A stretch of 64,000 nt of DNA from a phage: the NCBI GenBank assembly GCA_036253495.1, contig GCA_036253495.1_4125.1, one strand, 5' to 3'. The notes beneath the pieces were generated by a model. That model was given only the letters and a program-made list of their open reading frames with translations, was not told the origin of the DNA and ran no database searches. The translations under genes were made by a program, and so were the position numbers. This document shows, in pieces, positions 15,304 through 24,389 of the stretch (the first letter of the stretch is position 1; the number at the start of each line of letters is the position of its first letter).

Positions 15304-15479
15304 TGATAGATGTTAAGACATTAAATGCATTACAGGATTCATTATTAGATAGTATTAAGCTGTATTACAATATGCATTTGAGGGGTGGTATCAATGATTA
15401 CAATTATTATTTGAGTGTAATTATATTTGAGCATCTTTCAGTACAGGATAGAATTTTACACAAGTACAAACATTATTGA
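15300..15479 (+). CDS. hypothetical small protein, 59 aa
   Basis: ATG 15300 gives ATGA overlap with upstream stop (track 15291). Confidence 0.5.
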   Translation: MMIDVKTLNALQDSLLDSIKLYYNMHLRGGINDYNYYLSVIIFEHLSVQDRILHKYKHY

Positions 15480-15490
15480 GGAAACAAAAT

Positions 15491-15850
15491 ATGTTCAATA
15501 AAATCATGTTCATTTTAACATTTGTGTTTTTATCATTCACAAACACCGCTCATGCAGTACATGCAGAACAGGCATCATCGGATGTACCGTTATATGAAAC
15601 ATACAAATTTGATTGCAGATTGCAGAATAATGAAATAATCAATATCTTTTTACACAATACAGAAGTACCTTATTTGCAGATTGAAGCAACGAAGTACATG
15701 TATTATGGTACGAATTCGGTACAGGAATTTTTATTCAAACACACCAATCAGGATGTAATTATATCATTGCAGTACGTTGATAGTTCATTGTCTTTAATGC
15801 ATTTCAAGAATGCAGAGGGATTAGTTACAGTGCTCAAATGCTATAGGTAA
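15491..15850 (+). CDS. secreted/periplasmic protein with signal peptide, 119 aa
   Basis: SD GAGGA; MFNKIMFILTFVFLSFTNTAHA then VHAEQ (AxA-type cleavage site). Confidence 0.65.
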   Translation: MFNKIMFILTFVFLSFTNTAHAVHAEQASSDVPLYETYKFDCRLQNNEIINIFLHNTEVPYLQIEATKYMYYGTNSVQEFLFKHTNQDVIISLQYVDSSLSLMHFKNAEGLVTVLKCYR

Positions 15851-15856
15851 TAATAT

Positions 15857-16372
15857 ATGAATGAAATTGAATTATTAACGCACAAGATTAGTACAATAAT
15901 GCTTATGCTCAAAAATAATCATCCTATACATAAGTACATTGATATAGATGAATTACGCATAGAAGATAGGCATGGTAAATTATCGTTTATGTTTCACAAT
16001 GCAAATAATGCAGGGAATGTTAACGTTTGTATTGCAGCATTTACCCAAGCCAATCCAGTACAAACATCTCCTGTTGTATACGAAAATAAAGAAGGGTATT
16101 TGTGGGTAAACACAAACGATTATTTCTTTTATGATTTGAAACAAGATGATGAAGTAGAAGAACGAATTGATTTAATTGATATTAGTACAGATTGTAGTGC
16201 TGAATTATTTCAGAAATCGTTATTATATAGTCCTCGTCAAATGCATTATCTAAAGTTATTCAGTTCATTGTACGCGAATCCTTTAATTAAGGGTTTTAAA
16301 TTTTATATAAAAGTTCCTGACATTCAAGCAGTTTATGATATTTTGATGCAAGGATATAGTTATGAAGTATAG
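15857..16372 (+). CDS. family B paralog B4, 171 aa
   Basis: motif SAELFQKSLLYS. Confidence 0.7.
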   Translation: MNEIELLTHKISTIMLMLKNNHPIHKYIDIDELRIEDRHGKLSFMFHNANNAGNVNVCIAAFTQANPVQTSPVVYENKEGYLWVNTNDYFFYDLKQDDEVEERIDLIDISTDCSAELFQKSLLYSPRQMHYLKLFSSLYANPLIKGFKFYIKVPDIQAVYDILMQGYSYEV

Positions 16373-16670
16373 AATGCTCTATACAAAAGATATGATTTAT
16401 GTTGAATTAGAAGGCGATGAAGACGGTTGGAATTTGATTTATTCATGTAGTTCAGGTTGGTACATGGCACATTTAAATGATAACGAAGTCACAGATTATT
16501 TTGTAGATTTCAATACATTATCCGACGAAGAATTGTTTCAACAGCAATTAGTGATTGACACAGGTGGATATGATGTGTTATTATTAAAAAAGATACAGAA
16601 AGCTGTTATGAATTTTAATGCCCAGGTATCCGAATGGGAAAGGAAATATTATGACCTCGAAGTACAATAA
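16362..16670 (+). CDS. family B paralog B5, short form, 102 aa
   Basis: motif DEELFQQQLVID. Confidence 0.7.
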   Translation: MKYRMLYTKDMIYVELEGDEDGWNLIYSCSSGWYMAHLNDNEVTDYFVDFNTLSDEELFQQQLVIDTGGYDVLLLKKIQKAVMNFNAQVSEWERKYYDLEVQ

Positions 16671-17019
16671 TACATTTGATATCAATAAGTTAACAGAATG
16701 GTTTTATAATATTGAAATTGAAGCTATTCCGTATCATAAGTACGAACAAAGTGATTTGCGTAGTATAGATATTCGTGAGTTGTATGCATATTATCAGAGT
16801 GCATTAGAGATGCATAAGATATTTTTGAGTACAGAATACATGACACGTTGTAAGGATGCGTTTGATGAATTCAAGAAGAATGATAATTTAGTACAGAAAT
16901 ATGTAATAGCAAAGTACATGTACCTTCAGGGAATTACAAGTACAGTGGAATTCAATACAGTTCTTGCTTTAGTTGAGATTATTTTATTATGCAAAAATGT
17001 AAAGTGGAATTTAGTTTAG
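16651..17019 (+). CDS. hypothetical protein, 122 aa
   Basis: start re-set from 16618; SD GGGAAAGGAAA; no FQ motif. Confidence 0.55.
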   Translation: MTSKYNNTFDINKLTEWFYNIEIEAIPYHKYEQSDLRSIDIRELYAYYQSALEMHKIFLSTEYMTRCKDAFDEFKKNDNLVQKYVIAKYMYLQGITSTVEFNTVLALVEIILLCKNVKWNLV

Positions 17020-17486
17020 AGAGTGCTGTACAGTACGTTAAGTACATTGAAGGTGTATACAATATAATGAAAGCATATGAAGGAAAAGGATATGCTTCAA
17101 TAAATCACAAATATGATTATATTAACAATCAGTTAGAAGAATCAAATTCAGGTAAAGTGCTTTTTAGTTTTTTATATTTTGCTCCTGACAATGTATATCC
17201 TGATGAAAATGATCTTCGTCTGGAAAGAGATGACCTTTGGTATATGTATCCAGGACGTGATAAGCCAATGGATGATGCTTTGTTGGAAATCAAATACAGT
17301 ACAGAACCTTTGACACCGGAGTTGTGGTTCCAGTACAGTACAATACATGAAGAAATTGATATCTTTTTCTACGCAATATATAAGATGCTTTATGAGAATG
17401 GTGTGCTTAAGAATCATGTATATTTTTATTTCCAGCAAATGAAAAATGTATATGAGTCCTTTTACCCAACCGAGCCTGTATCGTAA
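16989..17486 (+). CDS. family B paralog B6, long form, 165 aa
   Basis: motif PELWFQYSTIHE; N-terminal SLESAVQYVKYIEGVY helix. Confidence 0.7.
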   Translation: MQKCKVEFSLESAVQYVKYIEGVYNIMKAYEGKGYASINHKYDYINNQLEESNSGKVLFSFLYFAPDNVYPDENDLRLERDDLWYMYPGRDKPMDDALLEIKYSTEPLTPELWFQYSTIHEEIDIFFYAIYKMLYENGVLKNHVYFYFQQMKNVYESFYPTEPVS

Positions 17487-17512
17487 GATATGGGCTTTTT
17501 TACGTTTTGGTA

Positions 17513-17541
17513 TTGACACAGTACAGAATCGGTGCTAACAT
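17513..17541 (+). promoter_or_regulatory. sigma70-like promoter
   Basis: TTGACA 17513-17518, N17, TAACAT 17536-17541. Confidence 0.55.
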
Positions 17542-17568
17542 ACCTGAACCATTTTTAAGGAGAACCCA

Positions 17569-18111
17569 ATGCAAACATCGCAAAAATCGCAAAAATCGCA
17601 AGTACAGAAAGCAATGACATTCAATGAAATTGGTGCATTTAAAGATAAGATTATTGATTGTATTGAATACGCGATTTGTAGTAATATCAAAAGTATAGAG
17701 GTATTTAACAAGTCAAATCGCTCTTACCATATGATGTACATTGCAAACAATAATGGTATCATTCCATTTGTTTCGGATAGTACAATATGGTTCGCTTGCG
17801 ATGTGAAAAAATACACAATAGGTTCATATGTCTTCGGTAAACATGGTGATCTAATTATTCCTGAGCATTGTATGCAAGAAGAAGAATATTTTCAAAAGCA
17901 ATGTGTACATGAACCATTAGAGATGGTTGCTTTATATATGATACCTTATATCTCTAAATGTGTTCATGAGAATAAAGCTCCGTGGAATCATGAATTTGTA
18001 TCGTTGAAGTTATTGTATAATGTTTTAGTACAATATTATGATTACAGACACGAGGGTACAATCAGCGATGTATGGGATTTCGAAAATTTAAGGGTAAAAA
18101 CATATGAATAA
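17569..18111 (+). CDS. family B paralog B7, long form, 180 aa
   Basis: motif EEEYFQKQCVHE; SD AAGGAGA. Confidence 0.75.
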   Translation: MQTSQKSQKSQVQKAMTFNEIGAFKDKIIDCIEYAICSNIKSIEVFNKSNRSYHMMYIANNNGIIPFVSDSTIWFACDVKKYTIGSYVFGKHGDLIIPEHCMQEEEYFQKQCVHEPLEMVALYMIPYISKCVHENKAPWNHEFVSLKLLYNVLVQYYDYRHEGTISDVWDFENLRVKTYE

Positions 18112-18742
18112 TTTTCCAAGAAATGCTTCACCGTATGAGGTGATGAAGTTCATGGAGCCTCATGTTCCTTATATGTTTGAAATGCTAAAGAAGTTCAATG
18201 CTATTTTCCCTGAGAATTCAAAATTGGAGATTCCATTTGATTCCGCATCCAGATACAGTGCATCCTGTGGTAAATTAGTTTTAGTTATCGGTAGTGACAG
18301 AATTGGTTTCAGGGAAGTATTTGACACGTCATTAGCATTTGGTATATTCGATAACAACAATAACATCACATACATTGACAAGTACATTTGCGACATAGCA
18401 GGTTCATCTAAGCCGGATTCCTTTGTGGATTCAGTTGCAGATTATGGTGTTTCAAAAGATGGTAATGTAATAAGTACAAAGACGTTCATATCATTATCGT
18501 TAGACGATGACATATGTTACATTGCAGGTCAAGAGTACGAGGGTGTAGAGGAAGTGCTTTTTCAAATGTCCTTAGTACAGAAGGATATGGTGGACCCTAC
18601 CGAAATCCTGAAGTTGTGCAAATATGCAAATGAGTACAAGAAATTGATTGAACCTGGGTTTAGTTTCAGTGCACAGAGTCCGCATTTTCAGATAAAAGTA
18701 TATGAAGATTTCATTTTGAAGTTAAAAGAGATTGTGTTATAA
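18104..18742 (+). CDS. family B paralog B8, long form, 212 aa
   Basis: motif EEVLFQMSLVQK. Confidence 0.75.
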   Translation: MNNFPRNASPYEVMKFMEPHVPYMFEMLKKFNAIFPENSKLEIPFDSASRYSASCGKLVLVIGSDRIGFREVFDTSLAFGIFDNNNNITYIDKYICDIAGSSKPDSFVDSVADYGVSKDGNVISTKTFISLSLDDDICYIAGQEYEGVEEVLFQMSLVQKDMVDPTEILKLCKYANEYKKLIEPGFSFSAQSPHFQIKVYEDFILKLKEIVL

Positions 18743-18794
18743 TACGCAATAACATGCAATAACACACAATACAACAAAGACGGGAGTGATTTAG

Positions 18795-19331
18795 ATGATC
18801 CAGCACAAACATTTTGAGTACGAGTTCGCTGACAATTTAGTAAAAATCGTACAGGCGTTTGAGGCTGGGGATTTTGACCACATCTATCCTAAGCACAAGG
18901 AAGGATGGCTTGAGCCTAAGAGCGATATTGAAAAGTATCCATCTATTGTGTATTACAGGAGAGATACGGTAATGCACGCTGTAGGTGAGAAGATGCAGTT
19001 AGAGTATTGTCTTTTGTTCAATGCTATTACATCGGCTACATCAGCATCTGAAGAGTTCGCTCCAGTGAATTGGATTCGTTATTTGGATATGAGCAAGAGA
19101 GAGGAAGAAACCTTTTTTGCTTTAACAAAGCACGTTGATATTGCAACCTTGAATCCTAACATCCTGAGTCCTGAAGAATATTTTCAGGAGTCCTTAGTAC
19201 AAGATCCTTATGTTTTACAGGTGCAGCAAGTATATAATGTATTACGTGCTAATGTGAAAACGAATTTCTTTTTAGCTTTAACGTGGTACGATAGGTTAGT
19301 AAAAGATCTCAAAGAGATTAAGGGGGAGTAA
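18795..19331 (+). CDS. family B paralog B9, long form, 178 aa
   Basis: motif PEEYFQESLVQD; SD GGGAG. Confidence 0.75.
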   Translation: MIQHKHFEYEFADNLVKIVQAFEAGDFDHIYPKHKEGWLEPKSDIEKYPSIVYYRRDTVMHAVGEKMQLEYCLLFNAITSATSASEEFAPVNWIRYLDMSKREEETFFALTKHVDIATLNPNILSPEEYFQESLVQDPYVLQVQQVYNVLRANVKTNFFLALTWYDRLVKDLKEIKGE

Positions 19332-19897
19332 TGCTGGACCTTCAGGACATAGAAAGTACATGCAAAGCGATAGAAGATGATTTAGAATACATCAAGGGGT
19401 TGTATTTAATTGTAGATAGGATTTACAAAAATCCGAATGCGTTTCAGGAAACGTACCAGCATGATAAATTTCGTCACGAACCAATCATTACGCTTATGTC
19501 GGATTTATCGATTTACGAAAGAAAATCCAACAAATCACATAGTGTATTATTTGTGAGTACAGATAGATTTTACAGTACAACATCAATTTGTTCAGATGTA
19601 TCATGTGCATGGTTCAGTTCAAATGAATATATAACAGTTAAAAATAATGGCGAAAATGAGAAATTAAAAGTAAGTGAGCTTATTGATTTGATGCCATATA
19701 GTCCTGATGTTGTGTTTCAGTACAGTACATTGCACGATTATAATTCAATACGATATCGTTATTTTGTTAAGCATTATTATGATACCTTCGGGGAGTTGAC
19801 GGAGAAGTTAACGTTGAGATTTGACCGTGATATCGATCTCGTTGCAATGCTTCAGTACATACAGTACGTGTTTGATAAGGACGCGGAAAAGGGGTAA
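19331..19897 (+). CDS. family B paralog B10, long form, 188 aa
   Basis: motif PDVVFQYSTLHD; TAATG overlap. Confidence 0.75.
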   Translation: MLDLQDIESTCKAIEDDLEYIKGLYLIVDRIYKNPNAFQETYQHDKFRHEPIITLMSDLSIYERKSNKSHSVLFVSTDRFYSTTSICSDVSCAWFSSNEYITVKNNGENEKLKVSELIDLMPYSPDVVFQYSTLHDYNSIRYRYFVKHYYDTFGELTEKLTLRFDRDIDLVAMLQYIQYVFDKDAEKG

Positions 19898-20097
19898 TTT
19901 TAAAATGATAAATATAGGCTTGTTTTTGGGGGTCAAAAAAATTTTCGCTGAAAAACATGTTAAGGTATATGTTTAATATAAAATTTTATATTGTGTTTTT
20001 CAGAGTACAGTTCATGTTTCCTTAAACAAAAAATACCCCGCCGCCGAACGTGCTCCTTATATTGTAGTTTACCTTATTAATTATAGTAGAGGTTATT

Positions 20098-20454
20098 ATG
20101 AGCAATGATTTTGCTATTCACAGTTTTTTCTACAAAAAGGTTGAGTTCTATTGTAATCTCGTTAAGGGTGATACCAATCATTCGTTGGACCAATATATTA
20201 AGTACACCTCAAATGGATTTTCTTTTATTGATTACGGTCGAGTGGGTGGTGGTGTTAATGAACCTCTACTGGACTATACAGAAATGGATGAGGCTACACT
20301 ATTTCAGGAATCATTAGTGTTCGATAAGAAATATATTTGTACACTAGATGAAGTTATTGGTATTCAGAATATCATGAAAGAACACTCTGCGAAGTGCATG
20401 ATAGAATTAACTCAAGATAAGCACAAGACTGTTCAGTACCATTTCAATCTTTAG
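20098..20454 (+). CDS. family B paralog B11, short form, 118 aa
   Basis: motif EATLFQESLVFD. Confidence 0.75.
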   Translation: MSNDFAIHSFFYKKVEFYCNLVKGDTNHSLDQYIKYTSNGFSFIDYGRVGGGVNEPLLDYTEMDEATLFQESLVFDKKYICTLDEVIGIQNIMKEHSAKCMIELTQDKHKTVQYHFNL

Positions 20455-20465
20455 GGGTCTTAACT

Positions 20466-20810
20466 ATGACATACAATGAATACCGTGAAATAGATCTTCT
20501 CCAGAATACATTATATGAAATTGAAGATTTAATGCACGGATGGACAAGTCTTTCTTTCTTTAATGAAATGTTCGAAGAAATAAAAGTAGTACTACAGAAA
20601 AAACATAATGGTACTAAAATTAAAATAAAGACTTTCACTGGAGAAGTCTGGTGCGGAGAAATTGTGAAATACATTATAACTCGCAATAACGCATCATTCT
20701 GTTTGAATACTGGTCATTACAGAAATCATTTCAACAATAGCAGTACTCAAATTATTTCCGAGGAAGAATACAATGAGCACTGTAATAAACTTCTTAAGAG
20801 TAGATTCTAA
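20466..20810 (+). CDS. hypothetical protein, 114 aa (family C-like)
   Basis: helical N-terminus then NGTKIKIKTFTGEVWCGEIVKYI, resembling family C; no FQ motif. Confidence 0.6.
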   Translation: MTYNEYREIDLLQNTLYEIEDLMHGWTSLSFFNEMFEEIKVVLQKKHNGTKIKIKTFTGEVWCGEIVKYIITRNNASFCLNTGHYRNHFNNSSTQIISEEEYNEHCNKLLKSRF

Positions 20811-21136
20811 TGAATACTAAAATATATGTTTCTTCAAGTACAATGGGAAGTGGTTTTACTTATACGTGCTTTTTTACTACATTGAATAAAACACCTATAT
20901 TGATTATTCGTGATTTCAATGAATGTAATATAGAGTACGTATCCAAAACAGATAAGCTTCCTAATTACATCGAATGCGAATACATGGAGAACTATGAAAG
21001 TTTTATATTTCAGGAATCATTAGTATGGGATAAAGAAATCGATTTCTTTATGTACCTTGCATTACAAAAGTACTACAGAGATAACAAGGACCAAATAGTT
21101 CGTTCTTGCATTTATTCTATTAATCTGGAGTACTGA
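20810..21136 (+). CDS. family B paralog B12, short form, 108 aa
   Basis: motif ESFIFQESLVWD. Confidence 0.75.
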   Translation: MNTKIYVSSSTMGSGFTYTCFFTTLNKTPILIIRDFNECNIEYVSKTDKLPNYIECEYMENYESFIFQESLVWDKEIDFFMYLALQKYYRDNKDQIVRSCIYSINLEY

Positions 21137-21306
21137 TGCTTAAAAAAGAACAAATGGAATCATTAATGAATGCAGTTATTCGTCGTTTTGTTAAAGACAT
21201 TAGTCATAAAAACTGTATTACAAATGACAGGTACGGTATAGAATTGTATATAGCTAATATTCACATGGCGTACAGAGAATATATTAAGACACGTCACAGG
21301 GGTTGA
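21136..21306 (+). CDS. hypothetical small protein, 56 aa
   Basis: TGATG overlap upstream; ends ...TRHRG inside the 27-bp junction repeat also ending B13; below track cutoff. Confidence 0.4.
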   Translation: MLKKEQMESLMNAVIRRFVKDISHKNCITNDRYGIELYIANIHMAYREYIKTRHRG

Positions 21307-21307
21307 A

Positions 21308-21790
21308 ATGAGTTTAGAAAGTGCATTGAAAGAAGCAAAGAAGATTCATGAGTACATGAATATGGCAAAAGAAGGTTCAGTTTACGGTATTTTCAAAGAC
21401 ACAAGTACTCAATATTATGTCTCTGATAACCTCATTGATAATGACTTCCCAGATACAGAAACGTGCGTACTAGATACCGACCCTAATGATTATGAATGTT
21501 TCATTGATATGCATAATGAGTACATGGTCTATGTTAATGATGGAGATATTACCATCTACAGTACTGTCCACGATACCGATGACATTATAATTCCGTGTGC
21601 AGTACTGGAAGGTCCGTGGGATAGTGAAGAGTATTACTTCCAACAAAGTACTGTATACAATGAAGAAGAACTTGATTGTATTGTAATTATGTGGTACTTT
21701 AAAAGTATTGGTTCTGAGAACTTCTATTTCGATTACAGATACGTAAAGAAAACTGTAGATAACGGTATTAATAAACTTCACAGGGGTTGA
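21308..21790 (+). CDS. family B paralog B13, long form, 160 aa
   Basis: motif EEYYFQQSTVYN; N-term MSLESALKEAKKIHEYM; C-term FYFDYRY. Confidence 0.8.
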   Translation: MSLESALKEAKKIHEYMNMAKEGSVYGIFKDTSTQYYVSDNLIDNDFPDTETCVLDTDPNDYECFIDMHNEYMVYVNDGDITIYSTVHDTDDIIIPCAVLEGPWDSEEYYFQQSTVYNEEELDCIVIMWYFKSIGSENFYFDYRYVKKTVDNGINKLHRG

Positions 21791-21791
21791 A

Positions 21792-22235
21792 ATGAGTTTA
21801 GAAAGAGCACTAGAACTAGCCAACAAAATACATCACTTCCACGATAACATAAAAAGTGGGTTCTATGGTGATAAAGTAAGTGCATTTGGTAATGAGTATT
21901 ATCTATCAGGTATAAAGACATACTCTGCTGATATTTTACTTATGGGTCATGATAAAGACAATACTATACAGTACTCTTCATGTAGTCAATATACTAGTTT
22001 TATGGTATATATTCCAGGTACTAAGATTACTTTTGACACAACAAATACACCTGTTGACTTCGGGGTACTTGATGGCCCGTGGGGTACTGAAGAGTATTAC
22101 TTCCAACAGAGTCTCATTTTTAACCAAGAAATGCTTGATTCCTTGGTTGTGTTGTGGTACTTTAAGGAATTGAATTTTGAACCATTCTTTCTTGACTGGG
22201 GAGCATGTGAATATTTAAGTACAGGGGATTTGTAA
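21792..22235 (+). CDS. family B paralog B14, long form, 147 aa
   Basis: motif EEYYFQQSLIFN; N-term MSLERALELANKIHHF. Confidence 0.8.
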   Translation: MSLERALELANKIHHFHDNIKSGFYGDKVSAFGNEYYLSGIKTYSADILLMGHDKDNTIQYSSCSQYTSFMVYIPGTKITFDTTNTPVDFGVLDGPWGTEEYYFQQSLIFNQEMLDSLVVLWYFKELNFEPFFLDWGACEYLSTGDL

Positions 22236-22690
22236 TGTCGTTACAAAGTGCATTGAAAGAAGCAAAGAAGATTCATGAGTACATGATTAAGGTCAAAGGT
22301 GGAGAAATTCCAGGTATCTTCAAAATGTCAGAGACAGAATATTGCACGAAGAATATTGAGGATTTTGATGGTTCTGATACATTAGTACTGCAATGTGATG
22401 ATTATGATCATGATAATTGTGGTTATAACCCTTTGTACTACTTTATCAATTACTACCCAGGGTCAGATATAACCGTATACAACCCTGATTATTATGGTAA
22501 AGATTTGACAATTCCGTTTTCAGTACTGGATGGTCCGTGGGATAGTGAAGAGTATTACTTTCAGCAAAGTACTGTATATACTGAACATGAACTCGATACT
22601 CTGGTCATTATGTGGTACTTTAAAAGTATAGATTCAACATGTTTCTATATGGATTATGAATACATAGAGACACAGAAATATAAGAGGTAA
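22235..22690 (+). CDS. family B paralog B15, long form, 151 aa
   Basis: motif EEYYFQQSTVYT; termini near-identical to B13, centre divergent. Confidence 0.8.
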   Translation: MSLQSALKEAKKIHEYMIKVKGGEIPGIFKMSETEYCTKNIEDFDGSDTLVLQCDDYDHDNCGYNPLYYFINYYPGSDITVYNPDYYGKDLTIPFSVLDGPWDSEEYYFQQSTVYTEHELDTLVIMWYFKSIDSTCFYMDYEYIETQKYKR

Positions 22691-22695
22691 TTGTA

Positions 22696-23142
22696 ATGTT
22701 TTTTTATTATTATGAAGTAAATGATAAGTTGGTTCAGGATATTGTACAAATAATCAAGTACTTCAATGATAATCCTAACGTATTGGGTAGTGAGCTTGAA
22801 TACGAGAAAGGTGGGTGTGTATATTTTACTTTCTGTGGTGGGTGCTCGGAAGAGCAATCATTTTTCAATTCTTATTCAAATTACATCTCCTATAATGCAC
22901 TTGCAGACGAGTTGATTGTGGTACGTGACAGTAGTGATGACCGTACAGTGTATACCAGAGAGACAATACAAAGTGTAGGTAATGAAGAAGGATACTTTCA
23001 ATTGAGTACAGTACTTAATCATGAAGAACTACATGTATTACGTTTGTTTTATCTTATTAGTACTATGAACTTGAAGCACGATCAGGTATACATTGATTTA
23101 GATTACTTTGAGTACTTACGTAAGATTAGTTCTAAAAAATAA
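22696..23142 (+). CDS. family B paralog B16, long form, 148 aa
   Basis: motif EEGYFQLSTVLN; C-term VYIDLDYFEY. Confidence 0.75.
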   Translation: MFFYYYEVNDKLVQDIVQIIKYFNDNPNVLGSELEYEKGGCVYFTFCGGCSEEQSFFNSYSNYISYNALADELIVVRDSSDDRTVYTRETIQSVGNEEGYFQLSTVLNHEELHVLRLFYLISTMNLKHDQVYIDLDYFEYLRKISSKK

Positions 23143-23152
23143 GTTCATGCTA

Positions 23153-23180
23153 TTGACAAGAGCCTGTACTGTGTTACAAT
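23153..23180 (+). promoter_or_regulatory. sigma70-like promoter
   Basis: TTGACA 23153-23158, N16, TACAAT 23175-23180. Confidence 0.6.
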
Positions 23181-23214
23181 GCACAGTAATATTAATTCAA
23201 AAGGTGCACATTAA

Positions 23215-23748
23215 ATGATTATTGATGCTTACAATGCTGAGGAAATGCAGGAATTATCTCGTAAAATCAACATTATAGTTCCTTTGCTTAAGGATTGCAG
23301 TACTGGTTTGATTCCATCACGAGACATTATTAAAGAAGGATACTACCTACAGGCAGTCTATAAGGGTGGTACATTTCATCGTTGTCGTGTATTACGTGAT
23401 GGCCTTCCTGCACTTACACTCATTGGTATTGGTATTGCCTTATGCGGTACGAACCGTTTGTACTTGAATGAAAAAAATCAAATCATGAATTTGTTTTATA
23501 CAGGAAAAAGTACTGAATTATATTTTGGTATTCAGAACTGGTGGGATACAGTAAAGAGTAGTACTATTGAAATCCCAAAATACAATTACAACGCATTTGA
23601 AGAGCAGATGTTTCAATTGTCATGTACAGATGACATGTACATGATTCTACGTCTATATATGGAGATGCAAATGAACTTCAGAAGTAATTTATACATTGAT
23701 ACTTCAACATTTGAATTCGAAGATGTATTCGTTGATGGTATACTATGA
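23215..23748 (+). CDS. family B paralog B17, long form, 177 aa
   Basis: motif EEQMFQLSCTDD; C-term LYIDTSTFEF. Confidence 0.75.
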   Translation: MIIDAYNAEEMQELSRKINIIVPLLKDCSTGLIPSRDIIKEGYYLQAVYKGGTFHRCRVLRDGLPALTLIGIGIALCGTNRLYLNEKNQIMNLFYTGKSTELYFGIQNWWDTVKSSTIEIPKYNYNAFEEQMFQLSCTDDMYMILRLYMEMQMNFRSNLYIDTSTFEFEDVFVDGIL

Positions 23749-23972
23749 AGTATATTCCAAAACACCAGTACTACAGGATGTGTTCTGACATTTACACAAA
23801 ATGGAATACATTTCATCCCCTTTTGAAGAAGAGGCGTCCATATCATGATTACAAGTTGAATCATTTTCTTGGAACTAATTATCAAGAGGTTGTGATGAAA
23901 GATTACATTTTTAACCTTCAGAAATTAATTCAGAATAAAGTTCAAGGAAAGGGGGAGTCACCGTGGGTATAA
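23745..23972 (+). CDS. family A paralog A25, 75 aa
   Basis: motif FLGTNYQEVV; ATGA overlap. Confidence 0.7.
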   Translation: MKYIPKHQYYRMCSDIYTKWNTFHPLLKKRRPYHDYKLNHFLGTNYQEVVMKDYIFNLQKLIQNKVQGKGESPWV

Positions 23973-24169
23973 GACACAGAGACATGCAAGATATTCTTAA
24001 CCAATACAGTGCTCAAATGTTCACTGCAATCAGGTCTTCCAATCAAAATGACGTGTCGGAATTACAGTTACTGATGTACATAGGGACACAATACCAGGAG
24101 GCTTCAGTTGAGACGTATATTAAGTACCTATTGGGTATTATAAGGATGAAAAATGGACAATACTTTTGA
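23963..24169 (+). CDS. family A paralog A26
   Basis: motif YIGTQYQEAS; GTG 23963 or ATG 23984. Confidence 0.6.
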   Translation: MGIRHRDMQDILNQYSAQMFTAIRSSNQNDVSELQLLMYIGTQYQEASVETYIKYLLGIIRMKNGQYF

Positions 24170-24389
24170 ACAAGCACCAGCATCGGATTTTAGTTATGGG
24201 TTTATTATAGATATATTTTCTGGTACTGAAGAATCGGATATACCTCTCTATATCTTTGCTAATATGCGTTATATTTTTCGTATTGCAGAGGACAGTGACA
24301 AATCTGATATGTCTTTTATGATTAAAAAAATTATATACCTATCGTGCTATGAATATATGAATAAAATGAGCGAACACTATGACCTATGA
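24153..24389 (+). CDS. hypothetical protein, 78 aa
   Basis: track ORF; no family motif. Confidence 0.55.
   Translation: MDNTFEQAPASDFSYGFIIDIFSGTEESDIPLYIFANMRYIFRIAEDSDKSDMSFMIKKIIYLSCYEYMNKMSEHYDL

Noticed and set aside
17172-17519. Other minus-strand track ORFs (e.g. 17172..17519, 21470..21826, 42181..42564, 55598..55963, 52104..52409, 46867..47160)
   Set aside because: All are antisense to + strand genes with family motifs or enzyme homology. Their hydrophobic, Ile/Phe/Leu-rich translations are typical of AT-rich antisense frames, and none has ribosome-binding or promoter signals.
17574-17600. Tandem 9-bp repeat ATCGCAAAA (x3)
   Set aside because: It simply encodes a QKSQKSQ repeat at the N-terminus of B7. 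It is short, in frame and has no other copies.
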